A DNA stretch of 62,049 nucleotides, counting the filler, from Candidatus Woesearchaeota archaeon (GTDB taxonomy: Archaea > Nanobdellota > Nanobdellia > Woesearchaeales > CAZJJJ01), in assembly GCA_046538795.1 (NCBI GenBank). It is 5 parts of 5 records of this genome, joined end to end, with 100 filler letters (N's around TTAATTAATTAA, not from the genome) between each part and the next. Parts side by side here need not be neighbours in the genome. Positions count along the whole stretch, not along the records: positions 1 to 30,817 come from JBKHIF010000008.1; 4 more parts are not named here. The stretch is one strand, 5' to 3'. The notes beneath the pieces are model-generated. The model was not told where the DNA came from. It did no database searches and saw only the letters and a program-made list of their open reading frames with translations. Of the stretch, positions 1 to 9,053 are shown one piece after another. Every line of letters begins with the position of its first letter. Within the stretch, counting starts at the first letter, position 1. The position numbers were made by a program, and so were the translations under genes.

Positions 1-179
1 CAGAAACAAAAAAACCAGAAGAAAACAAGATTAAAGATTCGGGTGCTGAAAAAACAAAGTCAAATGAGACAAAACCTGAAACAAAAAAATCAGAATCAAA
101 ATCAACTGAATCAAAACAAGATGAGGCTGAAAAGCCAGAAACAAAAAGCACTCAGGAAAATCCGGATGATAAAAAATGA
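1..179 (+). CDS. rpl22: 3' end of probable 50S ribosomal protein L22 (uL22); K/E/S-rich low-complexity tail, truncated by window start
   Basis: Open frame from nt 3 (ETKKPEENKIKDSGAEK...NPDDKK*) ends in TGA overlapping the rps3 ATG (ATGA 176-179). Identity inferred from conserved L22-S3 gene order only. Confidence 0.6.
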   Translation, partial: ETKKPEENKIKDSGAEKTKSNETKPETKKSESKSTESKQDEAEKPETKSTQENPDDKK

Positions 180-1006
180 TTGAAAGAAAAATTATCAAAG
201 ACAGGATGAAAGAGTTCCTTGTTGAACAGTATGTTTCAGATAATCTTCAAAAGGTGGGTTACAGCAAGACTAAGGTGCAAAAGACGCCCCTTGGTGAAAA
301 GATCGTAATCTATGCTTCAAGGCCAGGTCTTATTGTGGGACGAAAAGGTCTTAACATAAAGAATCTCACAAAAAGCCTGAAAAATAAATTCAAGCTTGAA
401 AATCCGCAGATAGAGATAAGCGAAATCGAAAGTCCAAATCTAGATGCTCAGATTGTTGCAGAAAAGATACAGAGTACACTTGAAAGGTTTGGATCAAAAC
501 GGTTCAAGGGTGTTGGACATAAGACAATGAGTGATGTTGTTGATGCTGGTGCGATGGGCTGTGAAATACTTATTTCAGGAAAGATACCTAGTGCTAGAGC
601 CAAGAGATGGAGATTCTATCAGGGTTATCTGAAAAAAAGTGGAGATGTTGCTGTATCTCAGGTCAAGACTGCTTATGCTTACGCAAAGCTTAAAAGTGGG
701 ACTGTTGGAATACAGGTAAGGATCATGCTTCCAGATACTGAACTTCCTGATCTTGTCAAGATGAACAAGGTTGAGGTTGTAGAAGAGATGGATGGGGATG
801 GAAACCTTATCGAAAAGACGACTACAGAAGAAGTGGGTGAAGAGCCTGCAGATGAATCTTCTGAAAAAGAGAAAAAGGAGAAATCATCTTCAAAATCCAA
901 GAAAGGATCTAAATCAAAAAAAGAAGACTCAGACAAATCTTCTGAAAAAAAGTCAGAAGAGCAAACTGACAAGGATTCAGAAAACAAAGAAGAAAAATCT
1001 GAGTGA
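176..1006 (+). CDS. rps3: 30S ribosomal protein S3 (uS3) with charged C-terminal tail
   Basis: KH-domain RPGLIVGRKG motif, GCEILISGK..RAK, GTVGIQVRI; operon position. Confidence 0.97.
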   Translation: MIERKIIKDRMKEFLVEQYVSDNLQKVGYSKTKVQKTPLGEKIVIYASRPGLIVGRKGLNIKNLTKSLKNKFKLENPQIEISEIESPNLDAQIVAEKIQSTLERFGSKRFKGVGHKTMSDVVDAGAMGCEILISGKIPSARAKRWRFYQGYLKKSGDVAVSQVKTAYAYAKLKSGTVGIQVRIMLPDTELPDLVKMNKVEVVEEMDGDGNLIEKTTTEEVGEEPADESSEKEKKEKSSSKSKKGSKSKKEDSDKSSEKKSEEQTDKDSENKEEKSE

Positions 1007-1016
1007 TTGAGCTAAA

Positions 1017-1208
1017 ATGAAACTTAAAGAAATACATTCGCTGAAAAAAAATGAGCTTGAAAACAAGCTTTCAGAACTCAATAAAGAGAAGATGAAGCTT
1101 AGTGCTCAGGTTGCTGTAGGAACAACTCCTAAGAGTCCTAAGCAGCTAAATGTAATCAAGAAAACAATTGCCAGAATAAAAACAGAATTGTCTGGGAGGA
1201 AAGATTAG
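1017..1208 (+). CDS. rpl29: 50S ribosomal protein L29 (uL29)
   Basis: 63 aa, IKKTIARIKT motif, follows S3. Confidence 0.95.
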   Translation: MKLKEIHSLKKNELENKLSELNKEKMKLSAQVAVGTTPKSPKQLNVIKKTIARIKTELSGRKD

Positions 1209-1211
1209 GAA

Positions 1212-1544
1212 ATGGTGGATATAGATCCAATTACTGGTTTACCAAAAGAGTTAGGTGTTTGGGACAACATAACAAAAGAGAGTCAGGAAATAAGTGTCTA
1301 CACGATAAAGAAGAAATTCGGTAAAGTTTATACTGTGATTGAAGGTATCAATGATAAGAACATTGATATCAAAGAAATAACAAAAAAACTCAAGAATAAG
1401 TTTGCCTGTGGCGGAACATCAAAAGAAAAGATGATCGAGCTTCAAGGTGACCACATCGGAAAAATCAAGGATACTTTGGTTGATTTGGGATTTCCTGAAG
1501 ATGCAATCGAGCAAAACATGAAAGGTCCCAGAAAAAGACGATGA
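1212..1544 (+). CDS. Translation initiation factor SUI1/aIF1 (YciH family)
   Basis: KKKFGKVYTVIEG, LKNKFACGGT, IELQGDH motifs; typical position in the archaeal S10 operon. Confidence 0.95.
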   Translation: MVDIDPITGLPKELGVWDNITKESQEISVYTIKKKFGKVYTVIEGINDKNIDIKEITKKLKNKFACGGTSKEKMIELQGDHIGKIKDTLVDLGFPEDAIEQNMKGPRKRR

Positions 1545-1801
1545 AGGTCCAAAATCTGGATAAATCAGAATTCATAGGCAAAAAGATCAAGATCTTTGAT
1601 TCGAAAAACAAGACTTTCAAGGATCTTGAGGGTAAGATTGTCGATGAGACAAAGGAAACTATCCGATTAAAACTCGTCGACGATAGAGTAATAACAATAT
1701 TTAAAAAAGAAATCAAGTTCGCTTTGGATTGTTGCGAAAAAAATGCAATAATCGATGGAAAAAATATTATCAAAAGGCCTGAAGACAGGATCAAAGGATA
1801 A
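1541..1801 (+). CDS. rnp1: Ribonuclease P protein component 1 (Rpp29)
   Basis: EFIGKKIKI, GKIVDETK, IDG..I..RPEDRIK motifs; lies between SUI1 and S17. Confidence 0.92.
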   Translation: MKVQNLDKSEFIGKKIKIFDSKNKTFKDLEGKIVDETKETIRLKLVDDRVITIFKKEIKFALDCCEKNAIIDGKNIIKRPEDRIKG

Positions 1802-1803
1802 AA

Positions 1804-2091
1804 ATGGCAAAAAAACCAACATTGAAACTAAGAGGAAGAGAGTTTGTAGGTACAGTTACATCTGATAAGATGAGAAATACTGTTACTGTTTCGTGGACTA
1901 GGAGAAGATATCTTCCTAAATATGAAAGATATGAACGAAAGATGAGTAAAATCAAAGCCCATAATCCTGAATCAATTGATGCTAAAGAAGGCGACATGGT
2001 CCGTGTGATGGAATGCAGGCCTTTAAGCAAGACTAAAAATTTTGTGGTTGTTGAAATAATCAAAGAAGACTCAGATAAGAAGAGTGAATAA
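1804..2091 (+). CDS. rps17: 30S ribosomal protein S17 (uS17)
   Basis: GTVTSDKMRNTVTV, KYERYE, ECRPLSKTK. Confidence 0.97.
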   Translation: MAKKPTLKLRGREFVGTVTSDKMRNTVTVSWTRRRYLPKYERYERKMSKIKAHNPESIDAKEGDMVRVMECRPLSKTKNFVVVEIIKEDSDKKSE

Positions 2092-2093
2092 AA

Positions 2094-2495
2094 ATGCAGA
2101 CTGTAAAAGCAAGCGTGACAAGGGCCATTAATCATGGCAGTGAAATCGAAACATGTGATAATTCAGGTGCTAAGATAATCAGGATAATCTCTGTCTTGAA
2201 TCACAAGACTACAAAAAGGAGAAAACCTGCTGCCGGTGTTGGTGATCTTGTCATGGCGGCTGTTATTAAGGGGAGACCTGATATGAGAAAACAGACCTTT
2301 TATGCAGTTTTGGTCAGGCAGAAAAAAGAGTACAGAAGGCCAGATGGCACAAGAATTAAGTTTGAAGATAATGCGGCTGTTGTCCTTAAAGATGAAAAAG
2401 GAAACCCTAAGGGAACAATAATAAAAGGTCCTGTCGCAAAAGAGGCAACAGTAAGGTGGCCCGGAGTCGCCAAGATCGCAAGCATGATCGTTTAA
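2094..2495 (+). CDS. rpl14: 50S ribosomal protein L14 (uL14)
   Basis: CDNSGAK, FEDNAAV, PKGTIIKGPVAKE. Confidence 0.98.
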   Translation: MQTVKASVTRAINHGSEIETCDNSGAKIIRIISVLNHKTTKRRKPAAGVGDLVMAAVIKGRPDMRKQTFYAVLVRQKKEYRRPDGTRIKFEDNAAVVLKDEKGNPKGTIIKGPVAKEATVRWPGVAKIASMIV

Positions 2496-2530
2496 GACAA
2501 TACTAGATAATACTATTAAGACTGATAAAA

Positions 2531-2932
2531 ATGAAAAGTGAATTTTCAAAATCATGGGTGGCTAGCAAGAAGCCAAGCAAACAAATCAAATACAGAGCGA
2601 ATGCTCCTTTGCATATCAAAAGGAAGATGCTTTCAGCTCATCTTTCAAAAGAGCTTCGCCAAAAATATGAAAAGAGATCCATGCCTGTGAGAAAAGGCGA
2701 CAAGGTTATTGTCCAGAGAGGAACTCACAAGGGTAAGGAAGGCAGTATTGATTCTGTCGATACAAAAAGAGAATGCGTTAATATCTCGGGGATTGACTTT
2801 GTCAAGAAAAATGGTTCAAAAGCATTTTACCCGATAAAGATCACAAACATAATGATAAAGGATCTTGATATGAGTGATAAGAAACGTAAAAAGATCGTCG
2901 AAAGAAAAGAAAAGGCAAAATCGGAGAAATAA
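2531..2932 (+). CDS. rpl24: 50S ribosomal protein L24 (uL24)
   Basis: NAPLH..RK, LSKELR..Y, VRKGDKV KOW motif. Confidence 0.96.
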   Translation: MKSEFSKSWVASKKPSKQIKYRANAPLHIKRKMLSAHLSKELRQKYEKRSMPVRKGDKVIVQRGTHKGKEGSIDSVDTKRECVNISGIDFVKKNGSKAFYPIKITNIMIKDLDMSDKKRKKIVERKEKAKSEK

Positions 2933-2934
2933 AA

Positions 2935-3732
2935 ATGGGAACATCTCACTTGAAAAGGATTGCAACTCCAAACACTTGGTCTATAAGACGAAAAGAATTC
3001 GTCTGGGTAAGCAAGCCTAAGGGCGCTCATGCTCTGGAAAATGGTCTTCCGATAGCAGTTGCTATGAAAGAGTTTTTGGCGCTTGCAAAGACCAATTCAG
3101 AAGTCAAGAAAATATTATCGTCAAAGACTGTGAATATTAACGGAAAAAAAGTCTTTGATATAAAAAGAACTTTTGGAATCCTGGATGTTTTGTCCATAAA
3201 AGAGATTAAGAAGAACTATACCTTGGTCCTGAATTCAAGGAAAAAGCTTGACATAAAGGAACTTGATGATAAAGAAGCAGACTTTAAGATAAGCAAAATC
3301 ATTGGAAAAACTTCGCTGGGAAAAAATAAGTTCCAGCTGAATCTTCATGATGGTATCAATGTGCTTGTTGATAAGGATGATTATAAAGTTGGAGACAGTT
3401 TGGTTTTGAACCTTGCTGATTACAAGATAAAAGATAAGCTTTCACTTTCAGAAAAAGCTCCTGTATATATCTTGAGAGGAAAACATACTGGAAAAACAGG
3501 TGTTGTTGAAAAGATAGATGGTGCAGAAATCATGTGTAATATTGAAGAAGGTACTTTCCAGCTTGCAAAAAATCAGGTGGTTGTTGTTGGAAAGACAAAA
3601 CCATTACTTTCAGTATTCAAGCTGAAAACATCAGAATCAGATGATAAAAGTGCTTCAAAAGAAAAAAAAGAAGCAAAATCTTCAGAAAAAAAGACCAAAT
3701 CAACTAAAGCTAAAACAAGCAAGAAAGAGTAA
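2935..3732 (+). CDS. rps4e: 30S ribosomal protein S4e (eS4)
   Basis: HLKRIATP.TW.I.RK, QLNLHDG, YKVGDSL, GKHTG. Confidence 0.96.
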   Translation: MGTSHLKRIATPNTWSIRRKEFVWVSKPKGAHALENGLPIAVAMKEFLALAKTNSEVKKILSSKTVNINGKKVFDIKRTFGILDVLSIKEIKKNYTLVLNSRKKLDIKELDDKEADFKISKIIGKTSLGKNKFQLNLHDGINVLVDKDDYKVGDSLVLNLADYKIKDKLSLSEKAPVYILRGKHTGKTGVVEKIDGAEIMCNIEEGTFQLAKNQVVVVGKTKPLLSVFKLKTSESDDKSASKEKKEAKSSEKKTKSTKAKTSKKE

Positions 3733-3734
3733 AA

Positions 3735-4277
3735 ATGGCCGACACGAAAGATAACATAATGAGGAAAATAAAGATTGCCAAAGCAACCCTTAATGTAGGT
3801 GCAGGCAAAGACCAGAATGTGTTGAATAAAGGCATGATGCTGATAAAACACATTACAGGACTTGATGCTGTGAAAACAAAGACCTACAAAAGGCTTCAGG
3901 CATGGGGTCTTAGGCCAGGTCTTCCTGTCGGCTGCAAGCTTACAATAAGAGATCCTGAAATGATCAGAGATCTTGTTGAAAGATTCCTTGATGCAAAGAA
4001 TAACGAGCTTTCACTCAAACAGTTTGATGAAAATGGGAATGTGGCTTTCGGTATCCCGGAATACATAGATATCAAAGGTGTCAAGTACAATCCTGACATA
4101 GGTATGATGGGTCTTCAGATCTGCCTTACTCTTGAAAGACCAGGATACAGGATCAAAAAGAGACGCATTGAAAATCGCAAGGTTTCCCATAAGCATAGTG
4201 TATCTAAAGATGATGCAATAAAATTCATGAAAGATAATTATAATATCATAATCCAGGAAGAATCGGGTGAAGAATAA
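3735..4277 (+). CDS. rpl5: 50S ribosomal protein L5 (uL5)
   Basis: [34 protein letters not shown]. Confidence 0.97.
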   Translation: MADTKDNIMRKIKIAKATLNVGAGKDQNVLNKGMMLIKHITGLDAVKTKTYKRLQAWGLRPGLPVGCKLTIRDPEMIRDLVERFLDAKNNELSLKQFDENGNVAFGIPEYIDIKGVKYNPDIGMMGLQICLTLERPGYRIKKRRIENRKVSHKHSVSKDDAIKFMKDNYNIIIQEESGEE

Positions 4278-4279
4278 AA

Positions 4280-4510
4280 ATGACTGTCAGCAATCATAGA
4301 AAAGCACTAAAGCAGCTTAAGACTAAACCAAAAGTAGCTGAAAAATATCTTAAGTTTTGTGCTCCTAAAAAAAGATCTACAGGATCTGCTAATAAGAAAT
4401 GCAGGCTTTGCGGACGAATTGGAGGGCACATAGACAAGTATGGTCTTAATCTTTGCAGACAGTGTTTCAGGGAAAATGCGACAAAACTCGGTTTTAAGAA
4501 ATTCAACTAA
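4280..4510 (+). CDS. rps14: 30S ribosomal protein S14 (uS14, Zn type)
   Basis: CRLCG...[13 protein letters not shown]. Confidence 0.96.
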   Translation: MTVSNHRKALKQLKTKPKVAEKYLKFCAPKKRSTGSANKKCRLCGRIGGHIDKYGLNLCRQCFRENATKLGFKKFN

Positions 4511-4525
4511 AAAAAGGTAAATAAA

Positions 4526-4918
4526 ATGAGCTTAAACGATCCATTAGCAGCCACGCTTTCAAAAATAGAAAACGCAGAAAGGCAGTCAAAAAAAGAGTGC
4601 AATATGCCGGTATATTCAAAGATGATACTTGGCGTGCTTAATGTTATGAAAGATAATGGCTATGTGGGAGATATCGAAGAAAGAGAAGGCACAAGAGTCA
4701 AATCCTATAAAATTAATCTGTTGGGAAGAATCAACAGGTGCAATGCAATAAAACCAAGATATGCAGTGACACTTAATGAATTCGAAAAATTTGAAAAGAG
4801 GTATCTTCCTGCCAAGGACTTTGGAATAATTATTATCAGTACATCAAAAGGTCTTATGACCCATACAGAAGCCAAAAAGAACAATCTTGGAGGAAGGCTT
4901 ATAGCATTTTGTTATTAG
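4526..4918 (+). CDS. rps8: 30S ribosomal protein S8 (uS8)
   Basis: DPLA..LS.I.NAE, LPAKDFG..IISTSKG.MTH.EA, GGRL.A..Y. Confidence 0.97.
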   Translation: MSLNDPLAATLSKIENAERQSKKECNMPVYSKMILGVLNVMKDNGYVGDIEEREGTRVKSYKINLLGRINRCNAIKPRYAVTLNEFEKFEKRYLPAKDFGIIIISTSKGLMTHTEAKKNNLGGRLIAFCY

Positions 4919-4925
4919 GATTAAA

Positions 4926-5468
4926 ATGAAAAACGAAATTAATGCAGAGATTGAGATTCCTGAAAATATCGATATCTCAGTAGAAAAGGATGTTGTTAAA
5001 GTTGAAGGGCCGAATGGTTCTGTTGAAAGAAAACTTGCAAGTCCTAAGATTGAGATAAAGGTAGATGGCAAAAAAATAATGATGGATGTCAAAAATGCTT
5101 CAAAAAGAGAAAAGACTCTTATTGGAACATTCAAGGCCCACATAAACAATATGCTTAAAGGAGTTGAATCCGGTCATGAGTATAAGCTTAAGATTTGCTC
5201 AAGCCACTTTCCTATGAATGTGAGTGTAAATAATGGTGAACTTATAATAAAAAACTATCTTGGTGAAAATAATCCAAGAAAAGTCAAGATAAAGAGCGGT
5301 GTTGACGTAAAAGTAGATGGCACCGAGATAACTGTGAAGTCCATTGATGTGGAGCTTGCAGGACAGGTTGCAGCAGACATAGAATCTGCAACAAGGATCA
5401 CGAACAGGGACAGAAGGATTTTTCAGGATGGAATTTTTATCATAGAAAAGAGAGGAAAAAAGATCTGA
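4926..5468 (+). CDS. rpl6: 50S ribosomal protein L6 (uL6)
   Basis: HINNM.KGV, SHFPM.V, DRRIFQDGIFI. Confidence 0.97.
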   Translation: MKNEINAEIEIPENIDISVEKDVVKVEGPNGSVERKLASPKIEIKVDGKKIMMDVKNASKREKTLIGTFKAHINNMLKGVESGHEYKLKICSSHFPMNVSVNNGELIIKNYLGENNPRKVKIKSGVDVKVDGTEITVKSIDVELAGQVAADIESATRITNRDRRIFQDGIFIIEKRGKKI

Positions 5469-5487
5469 TTAAAGAGACGATCTTATT

Positions 5488-6084
5488 ATGCTTAAAATGA
5501 GTGAAATTAAAAAACTTTTGGAAACCAGAAAAAGAATTAAGGCGAAAAAACCTGTTTTTAGGAAACAGGATAGCCACAAAAAACCTAAGCTTAGTGAAAA
5601 CTACAGAAGGCCAAGAGGACTTCAGTCCAAGATGAGGCTTCAGAAGAAAGGTTACATAAGAAGGCCCAAGCATGGTTATGGTGCGCCAAAAGATGTGAGG
5701 CATATGACTAAAGAAGGTCTTGTTCCATTCATAGTGTCAAACTCTCTTGAACTGGATAATATTAAACCTGAATCAGAATGCATAATAATTTCAGGTTCAA
5801 CAGGAAACAAGAAAAAAATCGAGATAATCAAAAAAGCGATTGAGAAAAAAATCACTATCGAAAATGTCAATGATCCAAAAAATTTTATTGCCAAGATAGA
5901 AGAATCTTTAAAGCAGAAGAAGGAAGCTAAGAAGAAAAAGCTTGACAAGAGACAGGCAAAGAGAACCAAGAAGAGAAAAGAAAGCGAATCAAAGAAAGAG
6001 AGTGTTGAAGAAAAGCTTTCTGAAGACGACAAGAAAAAGAAGGAAAAAGAAGAGAAAGATAAGATCCTTCAGAAAAAGCAATAA
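5488..6084 (+). CDS. rpl32e: 50S ribosomal protein L32e with long Lys/Glu tail
   Basis: KKP.F.KQD, RRPRG.QSKMR, GYG.P..VR. Confidence 0.93.
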   Translation: MLKMSEIKKLLETRKRIKAKKPVFRKQDSHKKPKLSENYRRPRGLQSKMRLQKKGYIRRPKHGYGAPKDVRHMTKEGLVPFIVSNSLELDNIKPESECIIISGSTGNKKKIEIIKKAIEKKITIENVNDPKNFIAKIEESLKQKKEAKKKKLDKRQAKRTKKRKESESKKESVEEKLSEDDKKKKEKEEKDKILQKKQ

Positions 6085-6099
6085 TTAATGTGATTGAAA

Positions 6100-6570
6100 A
6101 TGAAACTTACTATTCAAAAAAGACTCGCCTCTGAAATACTGAAATGCTCGCCGGATAAGATCTGGCTGGATTCAGAGAAAAGCAAAGAGATCAAGGAAGC
6201 TATAACCAAGATAGATATGAAAAATCTTATAAAACAAGGTCTTGTAGCAAAGAAAAAGCTTCCTGAGCAATCAAGAGCAAGAGCAAGGTTTGTTCATGAT
6301 CAGAAAGTCAAGGGACGAAGAGGCGGAAGCGGTTCAAAGAAAGGATCTCCAAGCTCAAGGCTTAGTGACAAGGAGAAATGGATAACAAAAGTAAGAAGCT
6401 TAAGGACTCTTCTTGCTGAACTAAAAGAGAAATCTCTGATTAGTCCAAAGACCTACAGGAATCTATATTCAAAAGCAAAAGGCGGATTTTTCAGAAACAA
6501 GAGACATATTAAACTATACATAAATGAGCATGATTTGCTGATAAAGAAAGAAAATGGCACAAAAAAATAA
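6100..6570 (+). CDS. rpl19e: 50S ribosomal protein L19e
   Basis: QKRLAS.ILK, IKEAIT+.D, W....R..R, YR.LY.KAKGG.F; ATG at 6100 preferred to TTG at 6094. Confidence 0.96.
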   Translation: MKLTIQKRLASEILKCSPDKIWLDSEKSKEIKEAITKIDMKNLIKQGLVAKKKLPEQSRARARFVHDQKVKGRRGGSGSKKGSPSSRLSDKEKWITKVRSLRTLLAELKEKSLISPKTYRNLYSKAKGGFFRNKRHIKLYINEHDLLIKKENGTKK

Positions 6571-7144
6571 GATTGTAGTAAAACACAGAAGATATAGGGA
6601 AGGAAAAACTAATTACAGGAAGAGACTGAATCTTCTTAAGTCAGGAAAACCTATTGTTGTTGTCAGAAAATCTGTCAATTTTGTGATTGTCCAGATAGTC
6701 AAATATGATGAGGCTGGAGACAGGATACTTTATTCAGAGAAATCAAGCTCTCTTGAAAAGTTTGGCTGGAACTATAAAAAAAATAATCTTCCTGCTTGTT
6801 ATCTGACAGGTCTTCTTATAGGATCTAAAGCAAAAAAAGATATCAAGGAAGCTGTTGCAAATATAGGTCTTTATCCTTCAACAAAAGGTTCAAGGCTTTA
6901 TGCAGTGCTTAAAGGCATAAATGATGCAGGTGTTAAGGTTAATGTTTCAGAAGATGTTCTTCCTGATGAGAAGAGGATAAGAGGAGAACATATCAAAAGT
7001 TATGCAGAAGACCTAAGGTCAAAAGACAAAGCTGCCTATGATAAGATATTTTCATATTACATCAAGAAAAAAATTGATGCTGAAAAGATAACACAAATCT
7101 TTGATGAGACTAAAGATAAAATAATCAAACAAAAAAGTGAATGA
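6554..7144 (+). CDS. rpl18: 50S ribosomal protein L18 (uL18)
   Basis: RR.REGKTNYRKRL.LL, NLPACYLTG, RIRGEHI. Confidence 0.96.
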   Translation: MAQKNKIVVKHRRYREGKTNYRKRLNLLKSGKPIVVVRKSVNFVIVQIVKYDEAGDRILYSEKSSSLEKFGWNYKKNNLPACYLTGLLIGSKAKKDIKEAVANIGLYPSTKGSRLYAVLKGINDAGVKVNVSEDVLPDEKRIRGEHIKSYAEDLRSKDKAAYDKIFSYYIKKKIDAEKITQIFDETKDKIIKQKSE

Positions 7145-8061
7145 TCATGCCTAAAAAAGAAGAAATCAAGGAAAAAGAAGAAACCCTTAATGAAGAGAAT
7201 GAAGATGTTTCAGAAAAAGAGGCTTCAGAAGAGCCTGTAGAAAATGATGATTCATCAGATAGTTCATCAGAAGACTCTTCAGAAGATGAGGCACCTATCG
7301 CAGATGAAGAGATCAGCGAAAAGGATGTGAAGAAGATCAAGAAAACTACATCTGAAAAGACAGGGTTTGATATGGATTCCTGGACTCCGAAAACAGAGAT
7401 TGGAAAAGGGGTAAAATCAGGGAAAATTACAGATATTGACCAGATACTTGATAAGGGTCTTAAGATACTAGAACCTGAGATTATTGATGTGTTGATGCCT
7501 GGTGCAGATATTGATCTTCTTTTGATAGGACAGTCTAAAGGTAAGTTTGGAGGCGGTCAGAGACGTGTTTTCAAACAGACTCAGAAAAAGACAAATGAAG
7601 GCAACAAACCAAGCTTTGCAACCTGTGCTGTGATAGGAAACAGAAATGGTTACATAGGAATAGGTTATGGCAAGTCAAGGGAAACAGTTCCTGCAAGGGA
7701 GAAGGCTTTCAGGCAGTCAAAACTAAATGTTATCAAGATAAGAAGAGGTTCAGGATCCTGGGAATCTGGTGGTGGAAATCCTGACTCCATACCTTTCAAG
7801 GTTACAGGAAAAACAGGCAGTGTTGAAGTTACTTTGATACCTGCCCCGATAGGAACAGGCCTTTGCATAGAGAAAGAATGTGCAAAAATGCTTGAGCTTG
7901 CAGGAATAAAAGACGTCTGGTCTAAAACAAAAGGAAAGACAAAGACTAAACTTAATCATGTAAAAGCATGTTTTGAAGCTCTAAAAAAGCTTATGTCAAC
8001 CAGGGTAAAGCCTGAAGATAAAGAGCGTCTGAATATAGTAGACGGCAAATATGTAGGATAA
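7141..8061 (+). CDS. rps5: 30S ribosomal protein S5 (uS5) with acidic N-terminal extension
   Basis: W.PKT..G, GN.NGYIGIG.GKS+E, RRG.GSWE, LIPAP.GTGL. Confidence 0.96.
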   Translation: MIMPKKEEIKEKEETLNEENEDVSEKEASEEPVENDDSSDSSSEDSSEDEAPIADEEISEKDVKKIKKTTSEKTGFDMDSWTPKTEIGKGVKSGKITDIDQILDKGLKILEPEIIDVLMPGADIDLLLIGQSKGKFGGGQRRVFKQTQKKTNEGNKPSFATCAVIGNRNGYIGIGYGKSRETVPAREKAFRQSKLNVIKIRRGSGSWESGGGNPDSIPFKVTGKTGSVEVTLIPAPIGTGLCIEKECAKMLELAGIKDVWSKTKGKTKTKLNHVKACFEALKKLMSTRVKPEDKERLNIVDGKYVG

Positions 8062-8083
8062 TCATACGATATATTGATCAAAA

Positions 8084-8461
8084 ATGGCTGAAACAACAGA
8101 TAATAACAATAAAAAAGATGAGGCATATGTTGCTGTCATCAGGATCAGAGGAGAAGTAGCTCTTAAAGGCGATATCAAGGATACCTTAAGGATGCTTGGT
8201 GTGCCAAACAAGAACAATATGGCTATACATAAGAAGACTTCTTCGATCATGGGAATGGTGAAAAAAGCAAGCGGCTTCATAACTTTTGGAGATGTTTCCA
8301 AAGATCTTGCAGATAAGTATGGTCTTAAAAAGACAATCCCTATGCATCCTCCCAGAGGAGGCTTTGAAAGAAAAGGAATCAAAGTACCTTTCAATGTAGG
8401 CGGTGCTTTAGGCGATAGGGGAGATAAGATGGCTGATCTTATCGAGAAGATGAAAATATAA
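8084..8461 (+). CDS. rpl30: 50S ribosomal protein L30 (uL30), short archaeal form
   Basis: AVIRIRG, DTL.ML, HPPRGGF, GG.LG.RG. Confidence 0.93.
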   Translation: MAETTDNNNKKDEAYVAVIRIRGEVALKGDIKDTLRMLGVPNKNNMAIHKKTSSIMGMVKKASGFITFGDVSKDLADKYGLKKTIPMHPPRGGFERKGIKVPFNVGGALGDRGDKMADLIEKMKI

Positions 8462-8476
8462 TAATAATTTAAGGTT

Positions 8477-8974
8477 ATGATCAAAATGACTGTCAACAAA
8501 CGAAAAAAGAATTCAAGAGCAAGAGCAAATACAACCCATGGTTATGGCTCTATGAAAAAGAATAGAGGAGCAGGAAACCGTGGAGGACGTGGCCGTGCAG
8601 GCTCAGGAAAGAAAGGCGATGCTAGAAAACCTTTCTTCAGGGTCAAAGAGAAGTTTGAGCTTGGAAAAAATGGATTCGGAAAGAAAAGGATTAAGATTGA
8701 AGCGATAAACGTTTCTGATCTTGAAAAAAGAAAAGAATCACTCTTGCTTAAAGGCGTCATGACAAAGAATAAAGAAACTTATGTCATTAATCTTGGCGAC
8801 ATGAAAGTTGACAAGCTTCTTGCATCAGGAAATGTCGCAAGTAAATTTGATGTGAAAGTAAGATATGCATCAGATTCTGCTGTGGAAAAGATCAAGAAAG
8901 CAGGCGGAAATGTTGTGCTGCTTGAAAAAAAAGCAGACGAAGCTTCTGAAGAAGAATCATCAGACGCAGAATAA
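8477..8974 (+). CDS. rpl15: 50S ribosomal protein L15 (uL15)
   Basis: THGYG..KK.RGAG.RGGRG.AG, A.EKI.KAGG; start may be ATG 8486. Confidence 0.96.
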   Translation: MIKMTVNKRKKNSRARANTTHGYGSMKKNRGAGNRGGRGRAGSGKKGDARKPFFRVKEKFELGKNGFGKKRIKIEAINVSDLEKRKESLLLKGVMTKNKETYVINLGDMKVDKLLASGNVASKFDVKVRYASDSAVEKIKKAGGNVVLLEKKADEASEEESSDAE

Positions 8975-9053
8975 ATTTTCATTATTTTTTAATAACTTAT
9001 TTATATCAGCTCTTTTTTATTGCTGTTAAAACACATATTGGGGTAATGAGATC

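Noticed and set aside
679..8982. Numerous Ser/Phe-rich minus-strand ORFs over the r-protein operon (similar shadow ORFs occur elsewhere)
   Set aside because: They are antisense shadows of Lys/Glu-rich coding sequence, with no motifs of their own.
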